Assembly (NCBI GenBank): GCA_030526115.1
Contig: JAUNDK010000002.1
Coordinates: forward strand, 29,236-93,235
DNA: 64,000 nucleotides
Source: Clostridia bacterium
GTDB lineage: Bacteria; Bacillota; Clostridia; Oscillospirales; Acutalibacteraceae
Reading direction: 5' to 3'
Translations under genes and position numbers: made by a program
The notes under the pieces: model-generated
The model's database searches: none
The model's input: only the letters and a program-made list of their open reading frames with translations
What the model was told of the DNA's origin: nothing
Part shown: one piece after another, positions 19,074 to 29,382 of the stretch
Numbering within the stretch: position 1 is the stretch's first letter
Layout of the letters: the number at the start of each line of letters is the position of its first letter

Positions 19074-20435
19074 TTACACCTTCTGATAGTAATAATGTCT
19101 TGAACCTGTTTCGAACTCAATTCCCAGCATACTTTTCAGAATAGTGTCGCCTGTGGTGCCGCACTGTCTGACACTCACGTTGAGTTTTTCGGAAAGCTGA
19201 GGAATCGAGATATCATCGAGGAACACATCTTCATTTGCCCTTATCATCTCAGACGGAATGAGAAGTTCGTCGAAATCTGATAAATCCTTCAGCTGGTCGA
19301 TTATATCCGTACCTGTGATAAGGCCGGTTACGTTTATCTCTCCGCCGAAGAAGTTATTTTTTATCGCACGGATTTCAACCTCCAAATTCGGTGCTTTTTC
19401 CTTAAGACTGTCTCTCAGTCCCATAATATAAGGAGCAACGGCTTCACCGGTTACCATCATGGCTCTGCGTTTTACGGCAAAAGCCTCGGGGTTCATCTCT
19501 TCCATATCCTCGGTAGCCCACTCAAATTCATCCTGAAGGTTTCTTATCATACCAACGCCGTTTTCAATCTGTGGGAAATCCTCATAAAAATCAAGCTCAG
19601 GCAGTTCACGCTCTGCTATGATATAGAATTCATCGGAAGGATAAACGGTTCTTGTACCTCTCTCCTCCCTGAATTTATCACCGTAGGCCTCGAGCATATC
19701 GATAACCGCATTTGCTTCTTCCACTGTATAGGGACGAAGCGGGAAAAGTCCGTCACGGTATCTTGTCAGGCCTACCGGAACACACGCAAGGCTCTGAAGG
19801 CTGTCGCCCAGTTTATACATCTCCTCAAGGGTGAACCTGAGCTCTTCGCCGTCGTTAATTCCCGGGCAGAGAACCAGCTGGGCGTTTATTTTTATACCAG
19901 CCTCAGCAAGTTTGTAGATATAACGCAGAACATCACCGGCAAAGCGGTTGTTCATCATTTTACATCTGAGCTCCGGATTCATTGTATGAACAGAGATATT
20001 AATGGGAGATATATGCATTCTTATAATGCGGTCTATCTCGCTCTCTTTCATGTTCGTGAGAGTTACATAGTTTCCGAAAATAAATGAAAGTCTTGCGTCA
20101 TCGTCTTTATAGTAGAGAGTTTCTCTCATGCCCTTTGGGAGCTGGTCTATAAAACAGAACACACACTTGTTACGGCAGGAGCGCTCCTCATCCATTAGGA
20201 ATGAATCGAACTCGAGACCCATGGGCTCATACTGTCCCTTTTTCATCTTAAGCTCGTGAACACTGCCGTCTTTATCTTCTATGGTTATATCAAGACGGGG
20301 ATTTGTCTCGTAAAATCTGAAATCGAGAATATCGTTTATCTCGTAACCGTTAATCTGTAAGAGTGTGTCACCGGCTTCAATGCCCAGCATCTCGGCACGG
20401 CTTCCCGGGGTGATTCCTGAAATTACTACTGACAT
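19074..20435 (-). CDS. PDZ-domain / DUF512 radical SAM-like protein
   Basis: 453 aa. N-terminal PDZ-like region (GITPGSRAEMLGIEAGD), a CRNKCVFC (CX3CX2C) motif and a DUF512-like C-terminus. Conserved position upstream of der in Clostridia. Confidence 0.8.
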   Translation of the reverse strand: MSVVISGITPGSRAEMLGIEAGDTLLQINGYEINDILDFRFYETNPRLDITIEDKDGSVHELKMKKGQYEPMGLEFDSFLMDEERSCRNKCVFCFIDQLPKGMRETLYYKDDDARLSFIFGNYVTLTNMKESEIDRIIRMHISPINISVHTMNPELRCKMMNNRFAGDVLRYIYKLAEAGIKINAQLVLCPGINDGEELRFTLEEMYKLGDSLQSLACVPVGLTRYRDGLFPLRPYTVEEANAVIDMLEAYGDKFREERGTRTVYPSDEFYIIAERELPELDFYEDFPQIENGVGMIRNLQDEFEWATEDMEEMNPEAFAVKRRAMMVTGEAVAPYIMGLRDSLKEKAPNLEVEIRAIKNNFFGGEINVTGLITGTDIIDQLKDLSDFDELLIPSEMIRANEDVFLDDISIPQLSEKLNVSVRQCGTTGDTILKSMLGIEFETGSRHYYYQKV

Positions 20436-20542
20436 GTTCTCATCTCCTTTTTAATCTCACGACTACATATTATAACAGATTTTTTGTGAAATTCATATAG
20501 TTTATTTTATAATTTTTCGTATAATATTTTCTGCATTTTGGC

Positions 20543-20575
20543 AAAAAAATAGAGAAGAGGAAAAACCCCTTCTCT
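20543..20575 (-). terminator. Rho-independent terminator after rpmF
   Basis: Stem AGAGAAGGGG/CCTCTTCTCT (one mismatch), followed by ATTTTTTT on the minus strand. Confidence 0.8.
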
Positions 20576-20599
20576 AATCGTGCATTACAAAACCGGAAA

Positions 20600-20782
20600 T
20601 TAAGCTTCCTTGTTTATAACCTGTCTGCCGTTGTAATATCCGCAGTTGCCACATACTCTGTGAGGTGTCTTGTACTCACCGCACTGAGGGCATTTCATGA
20701 GGGCAGGAGCGCTGATCTTCCAAACGTTGGATCTTCTCTTATTCTGTCTTGCACTGGATACTTTAGCCTTTGGTACAGCCAT
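20600..20782 (-). CDS. rpmF: 50S ribosomal protein L32
   Basis: 60 aa starting MAVPK.K.S..R...RR, with a CPQCG...CGNCG zinc ribbon. Confidence 0.95.
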   Translation of the reverse strand: MAVPKAKVSSARQNKRRSNVWKISAPALMKCPQCGEYKTPHRVCGNCGYYNGRQVINKEA

Positions 20783-20805
20783 GGCTTAGCACCTCCTCTT
20801 ATAAT

Positions 20806-21312
20806 TTAGTCATCTATTAATTTTCTCAGTATCTCCATTCTTGGATCTATCTGAGTTTTGCTGCATTCACAGGGACCCTGATTGAGGTTTGCTCCGCAAG
20901 TTGGGCAAAGTCCTTTGCAATCGTCTCTGCATAAAAATTTGACAGGCATTTCGAGGATTATATCGGAATAGATGAGTTCATCCAGATCGAGCTCATCGAA
21001 TTCGGCTACAATGTAGGAATCGTCATCTTCTTCATTGCTAAGCTCTCTTACGATAGTGTGAGATACATCGAAAGAATAGTGCTTAGTGAATTCCTCTGCA
21101 CATCTGTCGCAGTTTTTGGTCAGATCATACTCCACAGTAGCGTCGAGCACCGCGGAACCTGCGAACGGCTTAATCACACCTTTCACACACACCGGAGTGC
21201 GGAAAGGATATTCTCCGTCAATTTCGGTATCCTTCATGCTGAAGCTGTAATCTATGTTCATAGATGCCGCTTCATCAGCGAAGAACTTTCTAAGGTCTAT
21301 AAGCATAAACAT
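20806..21312 (-). CDS. YceD/DUF177 family protein
   Basis: 168-aa acidic protein with a C-terminal Cys cluster (CRDDCKGLCPTCG), immediately upstream of rpmF as in most bacteria. Confidence 0.85.
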   Translation of the reverse strand: MFMLIDLRKFFADEAASMNIDYSFSMKDTEIDGEYPFRTPVCVKGVIKPFAGSAVLDATVEYDLTKNCDRCAEEFTKHYSFDVSHTIVRELSNEEDDDSYIVAEFDELDLDELIYSDIILEMPVKFLCRDDCKGLCPTCGANLNQGPCECSKTQIDPRMEILRKLIDD

Positions 21313-21488
21313 ACCTCGAACCGTACTTGTCTATTATACTTATCGCATTCCCGTTTGTCAAGAAAAATAACGGCGTATTTCACGAAAATTTAGGAAAATA
21401 TTTGTCATTTCTTTTAAACGGATTTTCGGTTATTACCGAAAATTACCGGCAAGCGAGGCCTGCCGGTAAAATCTTATCGTTTGATAGA

Positions 21489-21890
21489 TTATTCAGCGAT
21501 ATAGTTTGTAAGGGATGCAGGAACATCTGCATTGTCGAGAGAAACGAGGAGAACAATGTTTGTCTCCTTGGCTGCAGGTGCAATACCTGTTACGAGAGCC
21601 TCGAGATCTGCAGCATCAACAACCTTGAGTGTGGAATCTACAAAGATGTCTGTGATGTCGTAGTTACCTGCGAGAATACCGCAGATGAAGCCCTTAAGCT
21701 CAGCTTCGCCCTTAACTGCGTAATCGTCAACATTGATGAGACGTGCGCCGTGGTCTATATCATAAGTAAGCTTGGAGCCCTTCTCGAGAACAACAACGCT
21801 TCCCTTGTCAGCTGCAACTGCTGCGTTAGCGAGTTCGATGAGCTTCTTTGTCTTGCCTGTGCCTTTTTTGCCTGTTAAAAGAGTAATCAT
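21489..21890 (-). CDS. Small P-loop protein of unknown function
   Basis: 133 aa. N-terminal Walker A GKKGTGKT, possible Walker B-like VVVLE, no other recognisable domain. Confidence 0.6.
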   Translation of the reverse strand: MITLLTGKKGTGKTKKLIELANAAVAADKGSVVVLEKGSKLTYDIDHGARLINVDDYAVKGEAELKGFICGILAGNYDITDIFVDSTLKVVDAADLEALVTGIAPAAKETNIVLLVSLDNADVPASLTNYIAE

Positions 21891-21962
21891 AATATTGCTC
21901 CTCCTAAAAGATTTATTTGGTATCGGGGCCGAAGCGTTTCTCCGGCCTCGTAAAATACTTGA

Positions 21963-23318
21963 TTAAAGTTCGGACTGAGCCTTTGCGATCTGAGCTTCGA
22001 GAACTTCTCTCTCTGCCTCATAACCCGGCTTGCCGAGAAGAGCGAACATCTTCTTCTTGTAGTTCTCAACACCAGGCTGGTTAAACGGGTTAACAGCGAG
22101 GAGATAACCGGAGATTGCACATGCCTTCTCGAAGAAGTAGATGATTTCACCTAATGTGTACTCTGTAAAGTCAGGGCACTCAAGAACGAGCTGAGGAACA
22201 CCGCCCTCTGTGTGAGCGAGAACTGTTGCCTCGAAAGCCATCTTGTTAACCCATGACATCTTCTTGCCCTCGAGGAAGTTGAGTCCGTCAACATTCTCAG
22301 GGTCGAAGCCTATTGTAAAGTCTCTTGTTCTCTTGTCGAACAGGACTGTTGTTTCAAACATCATGCGGGTTCCTTCCTGCATGAACTGACCTAATGAGTG
22401 AAGGTCTGTGGAGAATACAGCGGAGGATGGATAGATACCTCTGTTGTTCTTGCCCTCGGACTCACCGAAGAGCTGCTTCCACCACTCGTTCATGAGGACG
22501 AATCTTGGAGAATAGGATACGAGAACCTCAACTGTCTTATCCTTTCTGTAAAGGATGTTTCTGATTGCTGCATACTTGTATGCATCGTTGCTCTCGATAT
22601 CAGGATCGTCATACTTGTGCTGAGCGTCTCTTGCGCCTGCCATGAGGGCATCGATGTCAATGCCTGCAACAGCAATAGGAAGAAGACCAACAGCTGTGAG
22701 AACGGAGAATCTGCCGCCTACATCGTCCGGAACTACGAATGTCTCATAACCCTCTTTGTCTGCGAGGTGCTTGAGTGTTCCCTTTGCTCTGTCTGTTGTG
22801 CAGAAAATTCTCTCTTTTGCGCCTTCTTTGCCGTACTTCTTCTCGAGAAGCTCACGGAAAATTCTGAAAGCGATAGCAGGTTCTGTTGTTGTACCTGACT
22901 TGGAAATCATGTTAATGCAGACATCCTTGCCCTCACAGATCTCTACAAGCTCTGAAAGGTGAGAGGATGAAAGGGAGTTACCTGCATAGTAGATAGCAGG
23001 AGTATCCTTGCGAAGGTCGTTGTACTTATCGGACTTCATGAACTCGATAGCAGCTCTTGCACCGAGGTAGGAACCGCCGATACCGATAACGATAAAGATA
23101 TCGCAGCTGTTCTGAATCTTCTTAGCGGCAACCTTTATTCTTTCAAATTCTTCTTTGTCGTAATCTGTTGGGAGTGTAACCCATCCGAGGAAATCGCTGC
23201 CAGGGCCCTTCTTGGACTTTAAGAGCTCGTGAGCACATGTAACCTGGGACTGAATAGCCTCATACTCATCTTCACCGATGAAGCTTTTAAGATAACCTGT
23301 CTCTAACTTTAAAGACAT
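21963..23318 (-). CDS. pgi: Glucose-6-phosphate isomerase
   Basis: 451 aa. SIS domain motifs ([19 protein letters not shown]) and Firmicute-type PGI length. Confidence 0.93.
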   Translation of the reverse strand: MSLKLETGYLKSFIGEDEYEAIQSQVTCAHELLKSKKGPGSDFLGWVTLPTDYDKEEFERIKVAAKKIQNSCDIFIVIGIGGSYLGARAAIEFMKSDKYNDLRKDTPAIYYAGNSLSSSHLSELVEICEGKDVCINMISKSGTTTEPAIAFRIFRELLEKKYGKEGAKERIFCTTDRAKGTLKHLADKEGYETFVVPDDVGGRFSVLTAVGLLPIAVAGIDIDALMAGARDAQHKYDDPDIESNDAYKYAAIRNILYRKDKTVEVLVSYSPRFVLMNEWWKQLFGESEGKNNRGIYPSSAVFSTDLHSLGQFMQEGTRMMFETTVLFDKRTRDFTIGFDPENVDGLNFLEGKKMSWVNKMAFEATVLAHTEGGVPQLVLECPDFTEYTLGEIIYFFEKACAISGYLLAVNPFNQPGVENYKKKMFALLGKPGYEAEREVLEAQIAKAQSEL

Positions 23319-23559
23319 TATATATCATTCCTTTCACGAATAAATTCGTTACATTATTTTTAGATAGGATTATTCTACAATAAAGCTCGTCACATTGCAA
23401 GAAAAACCCACAGTATTTTTGAGAATTTATAAATTCGTTACAATTTGACAAAAGTAAGATTTAGTTTATGTTCAACAAATACAGGCTTTTAAGTCTATTT
23501 TTCTGTGGTAATTATGCTTTATATATGCTAATATTATTACACTAAATGTATAAGGATGT

Positions 23560-24810
23560 GTGAGTATGGAAACTACCAGAAAGAACAAAAGCCTTTATCA
23601 CTGGCTCATACTGCTCAGCTGTACTCTTGCAATGGGAAGTTCCATTGGAATCATGATAAACTGCTCGGGGCTTTATTTTGCCCCGGTATGTGATGAACTG
23701 GGCCTGAGAAGAGGTGACCTCTCCCTTTACAGCACCATATGCAGTCTTGTGGGCGGTTTTTTCAGCCCCGTTGTTGTAAAGCTGATGGATAAATTCAGGG
23801 TGAACCTCATAATGGCCTCAGGCATAACCCTTCAGAGCATTGCCACGGCATGCCTTGGGCTTTCCCACAGCGTGTGGATGTTCTATATACTCGGAGCATT
23901 TATAGGAATGGGATACTGCCTGTGCACCACCATTCCGCTGGTCATCATCATAAATAACTGGTTCGAAAAATCCAACGGACTCGCCATGGGAATAGTAATG
24001 AGCGCCTCCGGTATTTTCGGAGCGATATTCACAAACATAATAAGCACACTTATTTCAACCTGCGGATGGCGAATGAGCTACCTGATTGTATCTGCCATAA
24101 GCCTTGCGATTTCTCTGCCCGGCATGATTTTCATAATAAGACTCACACCGGAAGAAAAGGGACTTCTGCCCTACGGCGCCAAAGAATTCCCCGTAAGAGA
24201 GATTAAATCCACCTCTCACAAAGTTAAGGTAAGCATATTCTCCGCCGCTCTGATAAGTTTCATACTGTACACCCTGTTTGCATCCTGCACAAACTCCATG
24301 AACTCCCACTTCCCGGGCTATGCCACCGAAACAGGTGCCGGAGCCGCCGCAGGTGCCCTCATGATGACAGGCTGTATGGTGGGAAACATCGTATCAAAGC
24401 TTATATTCGGTGTTCTTGCAGATAAAATCGGTCCTGTTATAACAGGTGCCGTATGGTCCTCGGTTTCCGCCGCAGCACTGTTCATTCTCAGCTTCGGACA
24501 TTTTGAATCCTCCGCTGTGCTGATGGTTCTGGGCTTATTCTACGGTTTCACCTATGCCATATGCCCGGTTGCCATGCCGCTTATAGTAAGAAAAATCTGG
24601 GGCATAAATAAATACGCCAAAGTTTTCAGCGTGGGCAATATGTTCGCAAGTGTCGGTTATGCGATTTTCCTCAGTGTAATCGGTTACATCTACGATTTCA
24701 CAGGAACTTACAGAATAGCAACCGCCGCATGTGCCGTATGCAGTCTTATGGCTGTTGTATTCATGTTTGTTACCCTGGTCCTTGGCAGAAAAGAAAAACA
24801 CAACTCATGA
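23560..24810 (+). CDS. MFS transporter (paralog A)
   Basis: 416 aa with about 12 TM segments. ATG at 23566 is better spaced from the AAGGA RBS than GTG 23560. Confidence 0.85.
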   Translation: MSMETTRKNKSLYHWLILLSCTLAMGSSIGIMINCSGLYFAPVCDELGLRRGDLSLYSTICSLVGGFFSPVVVKLMDKFRVNLIMASGITLQSIATACLGLSHSVWMFYILGAFIGMGYCLCTTIPLVIIINNWFEKSNGLAMGIVMSASGIFGAIFTNIISTLISTCGWRMSYLIVSAISLAISLPGMIFIIRLTPEEKGLLPYGAKEFPVREIKSTSHKVKVSIFSAALISFILYTLFASCTNSMNSHFPGYATETGAGAAAGALMMTGCMVGNIVSKLIFGVLADKIGPVITGAVWSSVSAAALFILSFGHFESSAVLMVLGLFYGFTYAICPVAMPLIVRKIWGINKYAKVFSVGNMFASVGYAIFLSVIGYIYDFTGTYRIATAACAVCSLMAVVFMFVTLVLGRKEKHNS

Positions 24811-24816
24811 TTACAG

Positions 24817-24849
24817 AATCCGCAATCTCCCCCGGTTGCGGATTTTTTG
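24817..24849 (+). terminator. Rho-independent terminator after MFS paralog A
   Basis: Stem AATCCGCAA/TTGCGGATT followed by TTTTTT. Confidence 0.85.
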
Positions 24850-24947
24850 TGCTTTTCAACAAACGAAGACACTTCTTTTTGTGGCGCATTTTCTTAACTT
24901 ATGTGGTATTATTTAGTTGACTATATCTGAAAAAAGAGGCGAATTAT

Positions 24948-26192
24948 TTGGAAACTCATATGAAAAACAAATCTCTTTACCACTGGCTTGTGGCTGTGTG
25001 CTGTGCAATCATAATTATGGTTGCCGTGGGAATGGTGGTAAACTGTGCGGGACTTTTCTACACCGCAGTTGCGGATGACCTTGGTATAAGGCGTGGTGAT
25101 GTTGCTCTTTACGGAACCATAGTCAGTCTGCTGGGCGGCTTTTTCAGCCCTGCCGTCGCAAAGCTGATGACAAAGATGAACTTCACCCTCATGCTTACAG
25201 TCGGACTTGTCATGGAATGTGTATGCTACGGAGCTTTATCCTTCTGCAGTGAGATATGGATGTTCTACATTCTTGCGGTGTTCATAGGTACGGGATTCTG
25301 CTTGTGCACATCAATGCCCCTGCTTATGGTGGTAAACAACTGGTTCGAGCAGATGAACGGTCTTGTCACAGGTATAGTAATGGCATCAACCGGCATAGGC
25401 GGTGCAATATTCACTCAGATTCTTAATGCACTCATCAGCAATCTCGGCTGGAGGGCTTCTTACAGAACAGGTGCCGTAATAGCCCTTGTTCTTGCTTTGC
25501 CGGGCATATTGTTTGTCATAAGGCTCACCCCGGAAGAAAAAGGATATCTGCCCTACGGTGCAAGTATGAGCAGAAGTGCTTACTCGGCAAACATCACCGG
25601 CACGGAAAAGAAAGAGAAGATAATTTCCGTTCCTCTCATAACCCTGATTATTGCGGCAATAGCAAGTGCCTGTGTTACTGCACTTAACTCTCACTTTTCC
25701 GGATATGCAACAGAAATCGGCGCAGGCGTTGCCATGGGCGCCATGATGATGACAGGATGTTCTGTGGGCAATATAGTTTCCAAACTGCTCTTCGGCATTC
25801 TCAGCGACAGAATAGGCCCCTACATTACAGTTGTCGCATTCGGAACCATAACCGCCGTAGATTTATTCATTATCGGCATTTCGTCTTTTAATAATCCCGT
25901 TGTGCTGTTCACACTCGGTTTTCTGTACGGTGCGAGTTTCGCCTACTGCTCCGTTGCAATTCCCCTTATCGTAAGAAAAATATTCGGGCCTGAAAGATAT
26001 GCCAGAGCCTTCAGCATAGTAAATATTTTCACCAACGGAGGCTTTGCCGTATTCCTCAGCGTTATAGGATATATTTATGATTTCACGGGAACTTACAGAA
26101 TATCGGTATTCATCTGCCTTGCATTCACTATAATCAGCGTTGTTTTCGTGTTCGTTGCTGCAGCTTCCGGAAGAAAGAAATTTTATCGCTGA
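24948..26192 (+). CDS. MFS transporter (paralog B)
   Basis: 414 aa, collinear with paralog A (NKSLYHW, RLTPEEKG.LPYGA, IGYIYDFTGTYRI). Start is TTG 24948 or ATG 24960. Confidence 0.85.
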   Translation: METHMKNKSLYHWLVAVCCAIIIMVAVGMVVNCAGLFYTAVADDLGIRRGDVALYGTIVSLLGGFFSPAVAKLMTKMNFTLMLTVGLVMECVCYGALSFCSEIWMFYILAVFIGTGFCLCTSMPLLMVVNNWFEQMNGLVTGIVMASTGIGGAIFTQILNALISNLGWRASYRTGAVIALVLALPGILFVIRLTPEEKGYLPYGASMSRSAYSANITGTEKKEKIISVPLITLIIAAIASACVTALNSHFSGYATEIGAGVAMGAMMMTGCSVGNIVSKLLFGILSDRIGPYITVVAFGTITAVDLFIIGISSFNNPVVLFTLGFLYGASFAYCSVAIPLIVRKIFGPERYARAFSIVNIFTNGGFAVFLSVIGYIYDFTGTYRISVFICLAFTIISVVFVFVAAASGRKKFYR

Positions 26193-26206
26193 ACCACTCA
26201 TACATA

Positions 26207-26247
26207 TAAAAACAGGACCTCGGTTTTTCCGAAGTCCTGTATTTTTA
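26207..26247. terminator. Bidirectional terminator between convergent genes
   Basis: 12-bp stem ACAGGACCTCGG/CCGAAGTCCTGT (one mismatch), flanked by an A-run on the left and a T-run on the right. Confidence 0.8.
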
Positions 26248-27519
26248 TCAGTTCTTATATACACCCGAATAAGCAAAGGTTCCGCAGTTGTTCCAGTACC
26301 AGCTCTGGTTGCTGTACTCATAGAAAGATCCGAAATAAAGCTTATCGGGGTAATATAAATCAGAGACCCAGCACCAGTTTCTGATGCCCCCGTCCCATGC
26401 GGAATTCTTACAGCACTGCTCCACCTGAGGGTCGAACAGATACCACTTTGAACCCAGCTTGATATTTACCCAGTAATGCTGCTGATACTCAAGAGAATCC
26501 GTGTAGACTATTCCGCCCTCCTGAATGACAGCCTTGAATCCGAGGCGTCTTGCAAGTATTGTGAATGCACAGGAGAAACCGTAACAGGTGCCCTTGTTCC
26601 TGAAAAGAGAATCCTTACCGTTGCGGTAAATTTTGGAATCAAGTGAATTCTTATGATATACGGTATATTTTCCGTAGTATGTATCAGGGAACCCGAAAGT
26701 AAAGTTATTGATAAGATAATCATAACATGCCTTAAGCTTTTCAGCTTTTGTCATGGAGCCTGTTGTCACGCTGTCGATTATCTTCTTTACAAGAGCATCA
26801 AGCTCCGGGTCTCCGGTTGCCCTCGGAGTAAGGGTTACTGAATTCAACAGTTTTGCCTTTGAAGAGCTCATAGTGTCTGCGGCCTTTGGTGCGGTTCTTG
26901 TAACCGTATTGCTGTAAGAACCATAGCTGTTTCCCGCAGGACCTGTGGCAAAGGCTCTCACTTTATAGGTATATTTTACACCGGCACTTGCATTCTTGTC
27001 GGTGTAACTGACAGCCGTAGCACCCACAGTTGCAATGCACTTATAACTTCCGCCCGCGGGTTTTCTGTAAACCCGATAACCTGAACATGCCGTTCTGCCC
27101 CAGGATATTTTCATCCTGTTCGGCATGGCAATAATACTTGCTCTTACGGCTTTGGGTGTGGTTGTAATACTCAGGCAGACCCTGTTGGGCGATCTGTATG
27201 TTTTTCCGTTTACTTTTCTGTAAGCCCTTATGTAGTACTTATATGTTGTGGCAGGGCTGAGATTGTAAATTTTTGCGGTAGTGTTTGTTCTGCCTTTTAC
27301 CGTCTTGATTATCTTTCCGGAGGAGTTATAGATATTATAACCGTCGCTGTAAGATGCCGAATTCCATTTAAGGGTGACTGTGCTTGCAGTTACCGCTGTT
27401 TTCCTGAAACCTGTGACATTCTTCGGAAGTGTCACGGCACCTGCGCTGCCTGCACCGATGAAAATCACAAGAAACATCAGCATGATGACTATACTGTGTC
27501 CGATTCTTTTTCTGCCCAT
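26248..27519 (-). CDS. Secreted protein with two FN3-like repeats and a C-terminal transglutaminase-like (Cys-His-Asp) domain
   Basis: Start moved to MGRKRIGH (27519) behind an AAGGGGA RBS. Signal peptide present. Two FN3-like modules (VTLKWNS...YKYYIRAY and MKISWG...YTYKVRAF), then GTCYGFS...HYWV...LFDPQ. Confidence 0.75.
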   Translation of the reverse strand: MGRKRIGHSIVIMLMFLVIFIGAGSAGAVTLPKNVTGFRKTAVTASTVTLKWNSASYSDGYNIYNSSGKIIKTVKGRTNTTAKIYNLSPATTYKYYIRAYRKVNGKTYRSPNRVCLSITTTPKAVRASIIAMPNRMKISWGRTACSGYRVYRKPAGGSYKCIATVGATAVSYTDKNASAGVKYTYKVRAFATGPAGNSYGSYSNTVTRTAPKAADTMSSSKAKLLNSVTLTPRATGDPELDALVKKIIDSVTTGSMTKAEKLKACYDYLINNFTFGFPDTYYGKYTVYHKNSLDSKIYRNGKDSLFRNKGTCYGFSCAFTILARRLGFKAVIQEGGIVYTDSLEYQQHYWVNIKLGSKWYLFDPQVEQCCKNSAWDGGIRNWCWVSDLYYPDKLYFGSFYEYSNQSWYWNNCGTFAYSGVYKN

Positions 27520-27595
27520 ATTATCCCCTTCTTTTCTATATGATTTTAATAATATCATTATATCATATGCTCTGTGACAATAACGGCAAAATATA

Positions 27596-27633
27596 TGCAA
27601 AACCGCAGGAAGAAGCCGTTTTCCTCCTGCGGT
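27596..27633 (-). terminator. Rho-independent terminator after the oxidoreductase gene
   Basis: Stem ACCGCAGGAGG/CTTCCTGCGGT (one mismatch), followed by TTTTG on the minus strand. Confidence 0.75.
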
Positions 27634-27641
27634 AAAGAATC

Positions 27642-28925
27642 TTATTTATTTCTGAACTCATCGAGGTCAATAACCTGACCGTCATTTACTCTGGATTCCT
27701 CTGCGGCGAGGGCAATGAAGTGGCTCTCCATGCTTCTTCCGAGGGATGTTGTTCTGTGGTTTGGCTCCTCTTCGTTGATGAGCATATCGACAAACTCGCT
27801 GATCATTCCGCTGTCTCCGCCACCATGGCCTCTGAGGTCTGCGGAAAGGAGAGTTACGTCTATTTCTTCCTTTGGCTGACCGAAGGTTTCAACTGTGATG
27901 ATGTTGGACTTCATGTCGGCTGTGATTTCTCCGCCTGTACCCATGATGTGAATGTATCTGTAACACTTCTCTGTGAATGCGCACATTGTGAATGAAATTG
28001 TGCTTCCGTCTGTCATCTCCATGTTGATAACCTGATGATCGACAACATCGTTATCGCACATATATACACATCTGCCGTAAGGGCCGTGCGCAATTGCATC
28101 GTAGATATTCTCTCTTGTAGGATTTACTGAGAGAACCTCGCTCATAAAGCTGACTGTGTGGTCAATGCCTGTACCCTCGTTGGTAACGTAAATCTTCTCG
28201 GCATCGAATACGCACTTATCCTTAGCCTTGCAGCCGCCCATGCAGTAAGGTGTTGCGCCCTCGGGTGCACATTCTTTTCTGAAAAGTCTTGTGGAACCGA
28301 AAGAGCTTATCTTCTTGCAGGTTTTGCCTGTGAGCCAGAGAAGTATATCCATGTCATGGCAGCACTTCTGAAGTATCATAGGGCTGCTCTCTTTGGAGTT
28401 TCTCCAGTTTCCTCTTACGAAGGAGTGAGCCTGATGCCAGTAAGCAACATTCTCGTTTGCTGTGACGGATACTACATCGCCTACTCTGCCGCTGTGAATG
28501 AGATCATAGAGCTTGTTGTAGAATGCTGTATATCTTAATACGTGGCAGACAATAATTCTGGAGTTTGTTCCCTCTGCCGCTTTAAGAAGTTTCTGGCACT
28601 GATCGAGGTCAGGGGAAATAGGCTTCTCGAGAACAATGTCATATCCCTTCTCAAGGGCGAGAACACCTTCGTCAACATGCTGGCGGTCCATGGTGCAGAT
28701 GCATACAACATCGGCAAGTTTCGGCTGAGCGAGCATTTCCTCTGCGGACTCAAAACACATATCGTCTGCAATATTATAAAGTTCCTTTGCCTTCTGTACC
28801 TTCTCCGGTACGATGTCGGCAACAGCAACAACCTTGATTTTCTCCGGGTATAAATCTGCCATGGATGCATATGTGGAGCCACGGCTTCCGAAACCTGCGA
28901 TGGCAAAAGTAATCGGTGCTTTCAT
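27642..28925 (-). CDS. Gfo/Idh/MocA family oxidoreductase
   Basis: 427 aa. N-terminal Rossmann GFGSRG motif and the EKP signature (VLEKPIS). Confidence 0.85.
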   Translation of the reverse strand: MKAPITFAIAGFGSRGSTYASMADLYPEKIKVVAVADIVPEKVQKAKELYNIADDMCFESAEEMLAQPKLADVVCICTMDRQHVDEGVLALEKGYDIVLEKPISPDLDQCQKLLKAAEGTNSRIIVCHVLRYTAFYNKLYDLIHSGRVGDVVSVTANENVAYWHQAHSFVRGNWRNSKESSPMILQKCCHDMDILLWLTGKTCKKISSFGSTRLFRKECAPEGATPYCMGGCKAKDKCVFDAEKIYVTNEGTGIDHTVSFMSEVLSVNPTRENIYDAIAHGPYGRCVYMCDNDVVDHQVINMEMTDGSTISFTMCAFTEKCYRYIHIMGTGGEITADMKSNIITVETFGQPKEEIDVTLLSADLRGHGGGDSGMISEFVDMLINEEEPNHRTTSLGRSMESHFIALAAEESRVNDGQVIDLDEFRNK

Positions 28926-29042
28926 AATTAAATATCCTTCTTTCCGTATATTTACACTTAAGTTTCCTAATTAAAGTGAATTTACAAGTGAAATATATCA
29001 CGCCATTATACCAATGTCCACACATAAGAATCTTACAAAAGC

Positions 29043-29074
29043 AAAAAAATTTCGGAGCGAATATATCGCTCCGA
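29043..29074 (-). terminator. Rho-independent terminator of the 41-aa small gene
   Basis: Stem TCGGAGCG/CGCTCCGA followed by AAATTTTTTT on the minus strand. Confidence 0.8.
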
Positions 29075-29141
29075 CAGATTATCCTATATCTTTTCAGAAA
29101 CCGCTGTGCTGTTTAAGATTAAATGCATCCGCTTTGGTTAA

Positions 29142-29267
29142 TCAGAACTTTACGTAGCCGCAGTTGAAACCTGTGCTGTAAAGCTCGCCTGTCTGAATCT
29201 TGTGTGCATCCTCAACGTAAACCTTCTGAACGTTGTGTCTTCTGAATAAATTCATGATCTTCTTCAT
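29142..29267 (-). CDS. Small protein, 41 aa, unknown function (not in the ORF track)
   Basis: ATG 29267 is preceded by GGAGGAAAAGAAA. Translation: MKKIMNLFRRHNVQKVYVEDAHKIQTGELYSTGFNCGYVKF. It has its own promoter and terminator. Confidence 0.65.
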   Translation of the reverse strand: MKKIMNLFRRHNVQKVYVEDAHKIQTGELYSTGFNCGYVKF

Positions 29268-29382
29268 TTTCTTTTCCTCCGATATAAAACTTTATTTATC
29301 AAAAGCTTCATAAGGTGAAGCTCACACCTTTGTATTTATCTCAAGGACATTTGTATTTGTTCTGTCCTTAACTGACAACCAG

